IMG/VR virus record: IMGVR_UViG_3300030055_000003
Reading direction: 5' to 3' (one strand)
DNA from: a virus
Lineage: Duplodnaviria > Caudoviricetes
Length of the DNA stretch: 64,000 nucleotides
The notes below the pieces were generated by a model, which was not told the origin of the DNA, searched no databases, and was given only the letters and a program-made list of their open reading frames with translations. Position 1 is the first letter of the stretch; each line of letters opens with the position of its first letter. Both the position numbers and the translations under genes were made by a program. Of this stretch, positions 18,803 through 29,248 are shown one piece after another.

Positions 18803-19534
18803 TTATAACATATTTTTATGGGCTACAACTTCTTTTTGAATTTTTCTTTGCAATCCATATCCTAGATCCTTAGAGCCATGTATTGGCACAGGAATCGTAT
18901 TTACTCCATCTGTATAATTAGCATGTCTTCCAGTATTTTTATATTCATAACCATTATCTTCTAAATATTTAATTAAATCTCTTTGCTTAAATATTTTATT
19001 ATACTTATTTTTAGCTTTCTCAAAATCTTTATTTACATTTTCAATAATATCATTAGACATATTCTCATTGTTTTCTTCCAATTCATCAACATTGAAAAAT
19101 CCATTTTGAAAATCTATGCAATCTTTTATAAGATTATCTCCTAATGTTTTTAATTCTGACATAGATTGTTTAAAGATATTAGTAGCTTTTATTTGTGATA
19201 CCTTAATTCTTTTATCAGCTATATTAAAATTTTGTATATTACTACTTTTTAATATTCTTCTAAGTTCCTCCATATAACAGTCATATAGCAAATGAAATCT
19301 TTTTGAACTTGTTATATATAAATATTTCATAATATCAAAACATTTATCAAAATCTTTAGTTATATCGTCTACTGTCATATTCCTATCCTTAGAAAACCTT
19401 ATTAATAATGCTTGGAAAATACCTATATTTTCCTTTATTGTTTCTTCCATTAGATATGTTGAAGTTATTGTTATATTAGCACATTCATCACAAAATTGTT
19501 TATCAGTTTCATTTAAAGCTTTAACCCAACTCAT
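18803..19534 (-). CDS. protein with C-terminal HicA-like (mRNA interferase fold) domain
   Basis: last ~55 aa KQRDLIKYLEDNGYEYKNTGRHANYTDGVNTIPVPIHGSKDLGYGLQRKIQK match the HicA pattern. Confidence 0.7.
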   Translation of the reverse strand: MSWVKALNETDKQFCDECANITITSTYLMEETIKENIGIFQALLIRFSKDRNMTVDDITKDFDKCFDIMKYLYITSSKRFHLLYDCYMEELRRILKSSNIQNFNIADKRIKVSQIKATNIFKQSMSELKTLGDNLIKDCIDFQNGFFNVDELEENNENMSNDIIENVNKDFEKAKNKYNKIFKQRDLIKYLEDNGYEYKNTGRHANYTDGVNTIPVPIHGSKDLGYGLQRKIQKEVVAHKNML

Positions 19535-19550
19535 ATTAATACCTCATTGC

Positions 19551-20048
19551 TTATTTAAATTCTTGTTCATCAATATTATCTAACAAATCTTGTATTTGCA
19601 TTCTTGCCTGTTCTCTACCAAAATCATTTAAATATTCAAACACTTTGTTATTAGGTTGTTCTGAATTATATATCTCTAATTTTATATCATCAGAAAACCA
19701 TTCTGATTCTTCGTCTTCAATCATTGTTAAAATTCTATTCATAGGTATGAGTATTTCATCTCTCCAATTATTTTCAATTTTTAGATTTTCATAAACATCC
19801 CCAAAATCATAATTTAACCACTCTATAAAGTCTTTTTCTTTTAGTTTATTATAGTCCTCACCTAAAATCTCTTTGACTGCATCAATGTTACTTTCTAATG
19901 CTATAAATTGAGGTCTATCTTTATCATCTGTATACTTTAACAAACCTTTTTCTAAGCATTTCTTTATTTCTAATGTTTCTTCACCTATTTCTTCTTCCAA
20001 CCAACTATAACCATTTAATATTTTTAACATTCTCAACACACCTTTCAA
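19551..20048 (-). CDS. hypothetical acidic protein
   Basis: ORF track. Confidence 0.7.
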   Translation of the reverse strand: MKGVLRMLKILNGYSWLEEEIGEETLEIKKCLEKGLLKYTDDKDRPQFIALESNIDAVKEILGEDYNKLKEKDFIEWLNYDFGDVYENLKIENNWRDEILIPMNRILTMIEDEESEWFSDDIKLEIYNSEQPNNKVFEYLNDFGREQARMQIQDLLDNIDEQEFK

Positions 20049-20123
20049 AATATTATATTACTATTATACCATTAATTTGAAAGAATATACCTATTATTAA
20101 AAGTATTTTATATTAATTTATTT

Positions 20124-20555
20124 TTATAAATAAATCTCATACCATCTTTCAGTAGTGCAACCAGAATATTCTGTTTTATACATTATATATAAGCATTTTA
20201 CTTGTTTAATTTTTTGTAATTTTAAACCTATTAAAAAATTCATGTATCCTTCATAAGTATGTTTATATTTCTTAATCAATTTATTTTTATTATTATAAAC
20301 ACTCATATTTACAAAAGGATAAACTTCTTCATATAATCCTTTTTCTCGTTGAATATCTTTGTACTCTTCTTTTATTGTAGTAATCAAATAATCCACACTG
20401 GCGTTTTTATCTTTAATTATATCATAGGATTCTCCTTCACAACTATAACAAGCACTTTCATAGGCATCTTTATAGCTTAATCCTTCGTTTAAATATGACT
20501 TAACCAATTTATTAAAATATTCTTTATCTCTTTCATATAATTCTTTTATATTCAT
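20124..20555 (-). CDS. hypothetical protein
   Basis: ORF track. Confidence 0.7.
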   Translation of the reverse strand: MNIKELYERDKEYFNKLVKSYLNEGLSYKDAYESACYSCEGESYDIIKDKNASVDYLITTIKEEYKDIQREKGLYEEVYPFVNMSVYNNKNKLIKKYKHTYEGYMNFLIGLKLQKIKQVKCLYIMYKTEYSGCTTERWYEIYL

Positions 20556-20577
20556 TCTTCATAATATCCTTTCAGTT

Positions 20578-21102
20578 TTAATCAAATATTTTTACATCCT
20601 CTAATAATTGCTTAACCTTATCATTATCAATCCAATCTAAATCAATGGTTACGTTCCTATCGGAATCCGTACATATACCCATTTTATTTCGATTACTAAC
20701 TTTAAAATTGATATCATATTTCTCAATATATTTTAGTGCGTCATCATTTTCACTCCAGTTTTCATCTTCTATAAATATATGAACTTTATTACTATTCTCA
20801 GATAAACTTTTATTGATATTCTCGCATAGCATTTTTATATCATATATTGTACCATTAGATATCTCTAATCCGTATTTTTCTAAATTATTTTTTCTATTAG
20901 TTTTATAGTCATAGTCCCTAACAAATCTCATAATATCTTGGTATATTCTATAATTTTCCATACACCTATAATCATTATTTAAAAAATTACTTAATTGTGA
21001 AGGGTTTTTATTTATTAATTTAGCAAATTGTGTTTTATTAATTTTATTTTCTTTTATATAGTCATTTATTCTTTTTATATAATATAATTGTTTATCTTCC
21101 AT
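20578..21102 (-). CDS. N-terminal XRE-like HTH protein
   Basis: INDYIKENKINKTQFAKLINKNPSQLSNFLN. Confidence 0.65.
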   Translation of the reverse strand: MEDKQLYYIKRINDYIKENKINKTQFAKLINKNPSQLSNFLNNDYRCMENYRIYQDIMRFVRDYDYKTNRKNNLEKYGLEISNGTIYDIKMLCENINKSLSENSNKVHIFIEDENWSENDDALKYIEKYDINFKVSNRNKMGICTDSDRNVTIDLDWIDNDKVKQLLEDVKIFD

Positions 21103-21171
21103 ATTAATCCTTCTTTCTTATTAAAACAGGGAAATCTAATGTTCCCCCGTTTTTAATTTTTATTATTTAAT

Positions 21172-21582
21172 TTATTTCTCAATCCAATGAAAAGCATCCA
21201 TCATAGATTCATATTCATAATCTGACACATCTATTTTATTATCACTTATGTATAAATGTATAGCAATGAATCCTCTTGTAAAGTAATCATCATATAATTC
21301 TTTTCCTTGTAAAACTACCCATGAAATAAAATCTAAATCCTTATCTTTGTTTACAAATCCCATATTTTCTTTATATAATAATTTAAATTCTTTATCACTT
21401 ATAAACTCATTCATTATTTCAGAAAATTCCATCATAAGCCAATCCATAGTATCTCTTATTTTACAATTTTCATTTAGTAATTTACATAAGTTTTCACATT
21501 GTTTAGCTGATTTAAAGTTAGCATTCTTCTTTGATTCTTCAATTAAAACCCATAATTTTTCTCTTAATTTTTTATCTAACAT
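21172..21582 (-). CDS. hypothetical protein
   Basis: ORF track; DFISWVVLQGKELYD. Confidence 0.7.
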   Translation of the reverse strand: MLDKKLREKLWVLIEESKKNANFKSAKQCENLCKLLNENCKIRDTMDWLMMEFSEIMNEFISDKEFKLLYKENMGFVNKDKDLDFISWVVLQGKELYDDYFTRGFIAIHLYISDNKIDVSDYEYESMMDAFHWIEK

Positions 21583-21620
21583 ACTTTTAATCTCCTTTAT
21601 ATTTGTTATATTAATTTATT

Positions 21621-23240
21621 TTATAATTCAAACATATCCATTCCTATGATAAATCTTTGTACTTTCCCAGTCTCTATACTCATAGGTGTTAAGATAGTAT
21701 TGATTTCATCTTCTGTAAAATCACCATAACACAAAACAACTCTACCTGTACAACCTAAATTACGTCTTGTAAATTTATCATCAAATTTCCTTATTTTTAT
21801 CTTAGCTCCACTATAAGTTAATGTAGCAGTTGCATAACTATAATTACTAGCATCTATTGTTGATTTATCAAATTGACATCTACATGAAATATCCTCAAAT
21901 ATTTCTTTTATATTATCATTTTTAGTTACTATTAATATAACATTGTTATACTTTAATTTTAAATCGTATTCTAACGCTTTTCTTACTATAAAATCCTTTA
22001 ATTTGTTTTCTACAAATGATTTTAAATCTACTTCTCCTTTATTGATTGTCATTATTTTTTCTAATTCATTGAAACAATTAAATTTTCGTTCTATCTTCAT
22101 TGTCTCAGTTTCTTTAATTACTATTAGGCTAAAACTTCTATTGGTTTTTCTTTGAGTAGTTACTTTAAACTCTTCAGATATAAATAAGTCTTTAATATTT
22201 TGTAAATTTTCTTTTATTATATCATTATATTCTTTTACCCTTTTATTTTTTACTTTTTGTTCTTGCATTATTGCACCTTTAAAATCAATAGTATTAGTGA
22301 AATTTATATCACCAGCACTTTCTTCATATAAATTAGCATTTCTCCTTTGACCTCTAATTGGTTTTTCATCAAACATCTCCTTATATTCATTACAAAGGTC
22401 GAATTCCTTGTCAAACATTAAATCTCCAATGTGTTTCTTAGTATCTACTATTTGTTCTCTAGTTAAATAACCAGATTCTATAAGCTTCTTAATTCCTATT
22501 ACATGATAACTAATATCTTTTCTGCAATTGAACAAATTCATTATAGGATGTTTAATGGTAAATACTGATACATACTTTTTAGCCTTAATATCTAATTGAG
22601 GTAATCCATCGTCAAACAAAACCATGTCAATTATTTCATCTTCATCAAATCTTTCATCTTTATCACATATAGTTATCGTTTCCCCTGTATCAAATTCAAT
22701 AAACAATTTCTTTCTAGAGAAATTATAATACCTAATTGATTCTCTTATAGTATCATCCAAAGCAAATATTTCTTCAAAATGGTCTTTTAAGATTCTTAAT
22801 TGCCCCATATTACTATTTATGTATAAGACTGTCTTTGGTTTCTCATACATTACTTTATTAGCTAATAGGAAAGTTTTGCTACCTTGTCGACTTATATTAG
22901 CCATTATTATTTTTGAGTCATCTCTCACAATGTCTGCTTGCCATTCAAATAATCTAAATTCTTTTTTCATTTTTACATCAATCTCCTTTGATTCTTCAAA
23001 TTTTTCAATATCTTCAATATAATATTTAATATATTTTATAAGGTCTTTTTCATCTGTTGTAAAATCTATGTCTAAAAAATAGTCACCATAATATAATCTA
23101 TCCTCGGAAAAATATAAATTTCTATTTTTTACATAATTCACAACTTCATCTATGTCCTTAAATACAAGAACACTATCTTTAGATATTGTGTTTTCTACAT
23201 TGCAATATTTTAAGCTTTTTAATTTAAAGTTATATTTCAT
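21621..23240 (-). CDS. protein with degenerate terminase-large-subunit-like ATPase domain
   Basis: LFEWQADIV..IIMANISRQGSKTFL (RQxGKT-like P-loop), MVLFDD, FDKEFDLC. Confidence 0.5.
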   Translation of the reverse strand: MKYNFKLKSLKYCNVENTISKDSVLVFKDIDEVVNYVKNRNLYFSEDRLYYGDYFLDIDFTTDEKDLIKYIKYYIEDIEKFEESKEIDVKMKKEFRLFEWQADIVRDDSKIIMANISRQGSKTFLLANKVMYEKPKTVLYINSNMGQLRILKDHFEEIFALDDTIRESIRYYNFSRKKLFIEFDTGETITICDKDERFDEDEIIDMVLFDDGLPQLDIKAKKYVSVFTIKHPIMNLFNCRKDISYHVIGIKKLIESGYLTREQIVDTKKHIGDLMFDKEFDLCNEYKEMFDEKPIRGQRRNANLYEESAGDINFTNTIDFKGAIMQEQKVKNKRVKEYNDIIKENLQNIKDLFISEEFKVTTQRKTNRSFSLIVIKETETMKIERKFNCFNELEKIMTINKGEVDLKSFVENKLKDFIVRKALEYDLKLKYNNVILIVTKNDNIKEIFEDISCRCQFDKSTIDASNYSYATATLTYSGAKIKIRKFDDKFTRRNLGCTGRVVLCYGDFTEDEINTILTPMSIETGKVQRFIIGMDMFEL

Positions 23241-23281
23241 TTTATTCGTTCCTTTCTTTTATTATATTAATTTATTATGTA

Positions 23282-24274
23282 TTAACAAGCTTTCTTCTTG
23301 GCTCTTTTATTATTATCTGCTACTAATAAATCTCTATTTCTTTTTCTAACTTCATTATACATATTGTAGAATGATTCTTTTAGTTGTGCATTTTCTATTA
23401 GTAATCTATTGTATTCTTTTTCTATATAGTTAAAAGCATCTATGTATTTAAGTTTAAATTCTAACAAATCATTTTTCTTATTTCCTTGTGCTGATAAATC
23501 CATTAAATAGAAAAATAACATATCTTTATATATTCTACTTGTAACTTGTTTTTTATTTTGAGAATTTATATATGTATCTTCTAAAGTGTTGAAATTACTA
23601 TGTTTTAAAGGACGGTCGAGACTTCGACACTCCAAAAACTCATTCAATTTCTTTATTTTTTCTCTAATATGTTTGGGTTCTACGTTTATAAGTTGTCCTA
23701 ATTCATGACTCAAAACATATGGTAAATTGCCTTCATCAAAATACACTTTTATACCTAGTTCTTCAATTATTTTAACTTGTAAACTATCATAAAAACTTTC
23801 TTTATCTTCATCTTTAAAACTTGTACACTTATAAAATTTATTTTTAGATACTTCCTGTAAAACTTCTTTTTGTTCATCTGTTAATGGTTTAATTATTTCT
23901 GGAATATTATCAAAGTAATTCTCAAATATGTAGTTCATACCACCCATGACATTAAAATAAATATTTTCACGATAACTTTTAGTTCCCTCATTTTCTATAT
24001 TATCATTATTGTACATTCCATCGCATACAAACTCAAAACAAAGTTTATTTATGTCTATGGCTCTGATTCTTTTCTTTTTATCTCCTAATCTTGATCTATC
24101 AAGATATACATAGAAGTCTAAAATATTTTTAATTTTTCTTTCAATAGTCTTTTCAGCTAATTTCTTCCTTTCTAAAACCAATTCCCAAGAATACAATTGT
24201 GTTATAATCATTTCTTTAAAGTGATTCTCTCCTATAGATTTTTCAAACAGTTTTTTAATTTTTTCTTTCTCCAT
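23282..24274 (-). CDS. Rha-family regulatory protein with N-terminal integrase SAM-like domain
   Basis: SHELGQLINVEPKHIREKIKKL..EDTYINSQNKKQ..FKLKYIDAFNYIE (Rha); LAEKTIERKIKNILDFYVYL (SAM-like). Confidence 0.65.
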   Translation of the reverse strand: MEKEKIKKLFEKSIGENHFKEMIITQLYSWELVLERKKLAEKTIERKIKNILDFYVYLDRSRLGDKKKRIRAIDINKLCFEFVCDGMYNNDNIENEGTKSYRENIYFNVMGGMNYIFENYFDNIPEIIKPLTDEQKEVLQEVSKNKFYKCTSFKDEDKESFYDSLQVKIIEELGIKVYFDEGNLPYVLSHELGQLINVEPKHIREKIKKLNEFLECRSLDRPLKHSNFNTLEDTYINSQNKKQVTSRIYKDMLFFYLMDLSAQGNKKNDLLEFKLKYIDAFNYIEKEYNRLLIENAQLKESFYNMYNEVRKRNRDLLVADNNKRAKKKAC

Positions 24275-24372
24275 TCTCTTCTCTCCTTTTATTTTGATTT
24301 ATTCACATATTATTTTTTAATATGCCCACATAAGGATACCTTAATTAGATATCCTTAAATTCACATACTACA

Positions 24373-24723
24373 TTAATATACATCTAATACTGATTCATAA
24401 GCATCATTTACTATAAAACCGTATAAACACCATGCTACCTGTTCTATAGATTTGCAAGTAGTGTATAGAATTTTATCTCCAATACTTCCTTGATATTCAA
24501 GATTACCAGTAGCTACAACTGTTATTGTATCTTTATTTTTCAATCTTTCTATTTTACTTGAAAATTCTTCTTCCGTAATTGGAATAGTTTTAATTATTTT
24601 TTTATTTTCTTTTAATTTATCATCTTTTGTAAATTTTAATTGATTATTTATTTTATCTAACTCCTGTAGTAATTCTCTTTTTCTTTTTAATAAAAATTCT
24701 TCATTATCATAATATTTTTCCAT
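24373..24723 (-). CDS. hypothetical protein
   Basis: ORF track. Confidence 0.7.
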   Translation of the reverse strand: MEKYYDNEEFLLKRKRELLQELDKINNQLKFTKDDKLKENKKIIKTIPITEEEFSSKIERLKNKDTITVVATGNLEYQGSIGDKILYTTCKSIEQVAWCLYGFIVNDAYESVLDVY

Positions 24724-24747
24724 AATATCGTAAACTCCTTTAATTTA

Positions 24748-25368
24748 TTAAACAACTTTAACTGGAATCCATTTCTCTTTTTGTTCTTTAAGCCATAAAT
24801 AACTGATATATCCATCCACTAGAGCATATTTCCCATCAGGTCTTTGTCTTACAGTTATAGCACTTTCTACACCTTTGTTATTCCCAAATATATCAAACTT
24901 AGCTAATTTCTTTTCACGTTTAGGTTGTCTTATTTTCATTATGTCTAATATCACTAAATCTTTATAATTCAAAAAATATTCAGTATCTTTTGGTTGTTTT
25001 GTATGCTTTTGAATTATTCCAATATTCTTTTCAAAATTACAATGAGATAATTTACTATCTACAACAATACATTTAATATTTACATTTAATAATTGTGCTA
25101 GCCTATACCATTTTAAACCTGAAACTAACACATAACCTTTGTTGCTAAGTTTTCTAACAATAATAGTTTTATTAAGTTCTAATTGTTTTTCTCTAAATGC
25201 TCTTAAAGCATATCCAAGGTCTTTGTTAAATCTTGTAGTTCTTGCTCCTTTAATATGTATATCATCTCTTAAACCAATTTCTTTTGGTGATAATTCAATA
25301 ACTGAATCCTTATTGTCCTCATAAAATTTTTCAATTATTTCTTGATTCTGTTTTCCTACATTTATCAT
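24748..25368 (-). CDS. tandem ParB/Srx-like domain protein
   Basis: TIIVRKLSNKGYVLVSGLKWYRLA and AITVRQRPDGKYALVDGYISYLWL..IPVKV. Confidence 0.6.
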   Translation of the reverse strand: MINVGKQNQEIIEKFYEDNKDSVIELSPKEIGLRDDIHIKGARTTRFNKDLGYALRAFREKQLELNKTIIVRKLSNKGYVLVSGLKWYRLAQLLNVNIKCIVVDSKLSHCNFEKNIGIIQKHTKQPKDTEYFLNYKDLVILDIMKIRQPKREKKLAKFDIFGNNKGVESAITVRQRPDGKYALVDGYISYLWLKEQKEKWIPVKVV

Positions 25369-25567
25369 TTTAATACAACTCCTTCTATGTAATTATTATT
25401 AATTTATTTCTTAACCTTATATTATCATATCACCTAAATCATGTCAATAATTCTTTTCATATTTATCTTAATTTGTTTTAATGGATTTTTAACCTTCCAT
25501 ATACTCTTAAATACTCGTTTATACTCTGTTTTTCAAAACCAACTTTACCATAAAATAGATATTTTAT

Positions 25568-25807
25568 CTACCCTTTATTTTTTAGTAAATTTTCAACTAA
25601 ATTATTTAATTTTTCAAATGCTTTAATTGATTCTATATATTCTTCTTCATCGTCTGAGTCAGTTTTATACTCTATTTTTATTCCGGTTGGTTTATGTTTT
25701 AATTTCACTTTATAATAATTGCAATATGCTCCATAATCACTGTCACTTGCACTTATCGTACCACCTATTTTTACTTTAGTTATCTTTACATCTTTAAATT
25801 TAATCAT
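25568..25807 (-). CDS. hypothetical protein
   Basis: ORF track. Confidence 0.65.
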   Translation of the reverse strand: MIKFKDVKITKVKIGGTISASDSDYGAYCNYYKVKLKHKPTGIKIEYKTDSDDEEEYIESIKAFEKLNNLVENLLKNKG

Positions 25808-25822
25808 CTCATCATCTCCAAT

Positions 25823-26029
25823 TTAGTCATAATCATAGTTTTGAATAGCGTCATAGTATTTGTTTTTATATCTTTCACTTTCAGATAACTTACTTTTACA
25901 ATACTCCAATTTACTTTGTAAATTATCTGTTGTTTTTTGATGATACAATACTGCAATAATTATACTGATTCCTCCTACTACTAATCCTCTAGTGTTTTTA
26001 TTAATATTATTTTTATTAAAATTTGTCAT
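25823..26029 (-). CDS. small single-TM coiled-coil protein
   Basis: GLVVGGISIIIAVLY; AAAGGAGG RBS. Confidence 0.65.
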   Translation of the reverse strand: MTNFNKNNINKNTRGLVVGGISIIIAVLYHQKTTDNLQSKLEYCKSKLSESERYKNKYYDAIQNYDYD

Positions 26030-26194
26030 AATGTAACTATCCTCCTTTTATGTTGCTTATTTATACTCTATTTATGTAACTAGCATTGCACTAGTGTTTT
26101 AAATTCTGTCTTACTTAATTGTCTTGAAATGTTTTTGTAAGCGACTAGCCTGTCAGCTAGTTTCGGCGACTCTCACGTTCCTTATCAAACTTAC

Positions 26195-26530
26195 TTATAA
26201 TACTTCATTAATTCTTTCTTGCATTCTTGTAGCAATTTTATTAACAATGGATTGAGCAAATTTTTGTATTTCTAAATAATCGAATACCTCAGATAATAAT
26301 TTTGAATCATCTTCTTTTCCATCATCACATAAATCACAAAATTTTTCATATTCATATTTAGTATCTTTTAATGCTTAAAATTTTTCATCTATATCTTTTA
26401 AACCAATTCCAAAAAATTTTCCGATACCTTCAATCTCCATAACATCTATAAACCTTGTATTTCCTAATTCTATGTTTACATATTCACTATTTAACTTTGC
26501 AACTGCTTTTAATAATTTTTCATTTAACAT
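26195..26530 (-). pseudogene. 111-codon ORF with one in-frame TAA (codon 52, 26375-26377)
   Basis: RBS, MLNEKLLKAVAKL...DEKF*ALKDTKYEYEKF...INEVL; frame intact on both sides. Confidence 0.7.
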
Positions 26531-27148
26531 AATCCCCAATCTCCTTTTATGCCTTAACCTCCAACTGGTAGGTGGCTTTAATTTTTATTTATATTCTATT
26601 TCAAACTTTCCATATCCTAAATATTTAATATTATTATTTGGTAAATTTTCAACACCATTATCTATATAATCTTTTGCTCTCTCAAAGGTACAAAAACTAT
26701 TTTTTGCTATGTACTTTGCACATTTATCTCTAGTAACTATTCTCTTCATAACTTCCAACCCCTTAAATTTATTTTTATCTGTTACTTAACTTCTGATATA
26801 AGTATAACATATCATCTAAAATAATACAATACTATTTCTGTTAATTTGTTTAAATATTTAAAATTATTTTATTATTGCTGAAAATACTGGATTTATCAAC
26901 ACTATATAGAATCTAATACAAATACAACTCATATCGACTATATAAGCGTTTTAAATTTCATAGGTCTTAGTATATGTCTATGTGTCTTAAAATTGATTCT
27001 GGTGCATTGTGGTGAGTAAGTTTTATTGTTTATGGGTTCTAAAACCTCAGTAGATAAAATTATAGTTTTAAGTTAATATTGATTATTGTTTTCAATTAAA
27101 TATGGATAAAAAAGAAAGCTACCTTCTACAGTAGCAATAATAGTTTTT

Positions 27149-27412
27149 TTATTTGATTAATTTTAGTTTTGTGACTTCTTCCCAGTTACTTGCCGTTATA
27201 AGTTCTACTTTGCTCATATCTTTTCTCAGTGCTGATACTTCCTTAACAATGTCTTTTGTATCTGTCGGAATGTCTGACATGCTATCTTTTAAGCTTTTAA
27301 CGTCTTCTTTAATTATTTTTACATCTGCTTTTAATTCTTTGATGTCAGCCTTTATTGGTTCTAGTTCTTCTTTTAACATTGTCCTTATTGCTTTTAATGT
27401 TTCATTATCCAT
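27149..27412 (-). CDS. small coiled-coil protein
   Basis: heptads IKADIKELKADVKIIKEDVKSLK. Confidence 0.7.
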   Translation of the reverse strand: MDNETLKAIRTMLKEELEPIKADIKELKADVKIIKEDVKSLKDSMSDIPTDTKDIVKEVSALRKDMSKVELITASNWEEVTKLKLIK

Positions 27413-27819
27413 ACTTTAAAGCACCTCTCTTATAATAATTATATCAGATTCTATAGCAATTACAATTTAATTATTTTGCAACTTATTCCCATCTGATAAA
27501 TATAATTATACTCTTTTAATTTATTGTTGTATATAAATTTTAAAATAAATTAATAGAATTTTTTATTAAAATAAGTTTTTTAATTGGTTATTAAAACAAG
27601 TGTTTACGGTTCACCTGTTTTTAATACAAGAAAAAATTCTCTTTATAGGCTCATAACTGAATTTTATTTCTATAGGTGCAATTGTATTCCTTATGATTCA
27701 ATATAGCCTTGGAATCCATTCTGACGCTATAATATTGTGGTAAAATTATTTTTTCTTATGAAAATATAACAAAAGGAACTATAAAATTTTTTCTTATAGT
27801 TCCTTAAATATTTTTTTAA

Positions 27820-28536
27820 TTAGCTAAATGACCAGTTACTAACATAAGTGACAGCATTGCTATAATTCAATGGATTCAAATCACGATATTCAGAAACATT
27901 AAATGTATCACATAACCCTAACCACAAATTTTTAAAATACGTTCTTGAATTGTCTTTATACTTTTTAGAATGTGCTCCACCTAACATCGTACTAACTCTT
28001 TCTCTTGCGTGTTTATTTATTTGTTTTGCTTGATATGAATTGATTGTAGCTGAATTTATTAATGTCCCCATAGTTTTGTCCATATCTTCTATTTTTACTT
28101 TTAAATCTTTTATTTCACCTTCTAAACCTAAGTCATTATAAGTTTGTTGTCTTTTTTCCTCAGTTCCAAAGAAGGCTTCATGCAATACATCTTTGCATTG
28201 AAATTGATACTTAACTAATTTTTCAACTGTTTTTGGGTTCTCTTTTTGCATAGTTGGAGTCAATGAAATCTTAGCAAGCCAAAGTGTAACAAAATCTTCT
28301 CTAATAAAATACATTTCTTTAGTTGCTTGCATAGTGCCATATTTGGCACTCATCATTTTATAACCTTGTGATAATACAATATCATTCTTAATATTTCTAG
28401 CTTGCTTCTTACATTGATCTTCTGAAAGTCCTATGTCTTGCATAGTTTTATTTGCAGACATCCAAACAATTTCATTTTCATCCTTTACTCCTAATAGTTC
28501 ATCATCATAAAACTTAATTAATTTTTCTTTTAACAT
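27820..28536 (-). CDS. phage antirepressor (P22_AR_N-like plus ORF6C-like C-terminus)
   Basis: FYDDELLGVKD..VWMSANKTMQDIGL..LWLAKISLTPTM..YQFQCKDVLHEAF; QAKQIN..RV...LW..LCDTFNVSEYRDL. Confidence 0.8.
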   Translation of the reverse strand: MLKEKLIKFYDDELLGVKDENEIVWMSANKTMQDIGLSEDQCKKQARNIKNDIVLSQGYKMMSAKYGTMQATKEMYFIREDFVTLWLAKISLTPTMQKENPKTVEKLVKYQFQCKDVLHEAFFGTEEKRQQTYNDLGLEGEIKDLKVKIEDMDKTMGTLINSATINSYQAKQINKHARERVSTMLGGAHSKKYKDNSRTYFKNLWLGLCDTFNVSEYRDLNPLNYSNAVTYVSNWSFS

Positions 28537-28624
28537 TTTAATCTCTCCCTTTATGTATTAATTTATTAGCATTTAATATGCTTATACAAAGGAACTTATT
28601 TTAATTCCCTTGAATCTACATACT

Positions 28625-28984
28625 TTAAAACGATTGACTGTTGGTATTTAATTGTAAGAATATATTTAATACTTTGTCAGTATCTTTTATTTTAGTATCT
28701 TCTAGTTTATTAATTTTCTTTAATAGTTTTTCATTACTTTTATAAATATAATCAAAGTAATCTAATTGAGTTTCATCCATACCGTCCCAATCAATAGCTC
28801 CAACTTCATTTCTTTTAACAGTTTTATAAAAATTATCTAAGTCTTTACTTGATTGCTCTTGTTTCTTAACTGTCTTTATGTATGTTACCTCATCTTTTAA
28901 TAATCCGTCATATCTTACTTTTTTATTTTGAGATGCACTTGTTTTCGCAAATCTTATATTTTGTTTATTTTTATCTGTAGCCAT
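28625..28984 (-). CDS. hypothetical protein
   Basis: ORF track; GAGG RBS; promoter at ~29125-29150. Confidence 0.7.
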   Translation of the reverse strand: MATDKNKQNIRFAKTSASQNKKVRYDGLLKDEVTYIKTVKKQEQSSKDLDNFYKTVKRNEVGAIDWDGMDETQLDYFDYIYKSNEKLLKKINKLEDTKIKDTDKVLNIFLQLNTNSQSF

Positions 28985-29248
28985 ATTATCACGCTTCCTC
29001 TATTCTGTTAATTTGTTTATTATGTATTTACTATCTACTATAGTTCGTCTAGCGTTGCACTAGATTTATTTTTATGTCTTAACTTGATTGCTTGAATTGT
29101 TTGTTCCTTATCTATGTATTAAGTATATAATAAATTAATAGAAATATCAATAGAAACCATTCGACAAATTTTGATAAAACTTATGTTTTATTTTAAGTTT
29201 TATATAAAAATTTATTTGACTTTAATTTAATATCTATATATAATTAAG

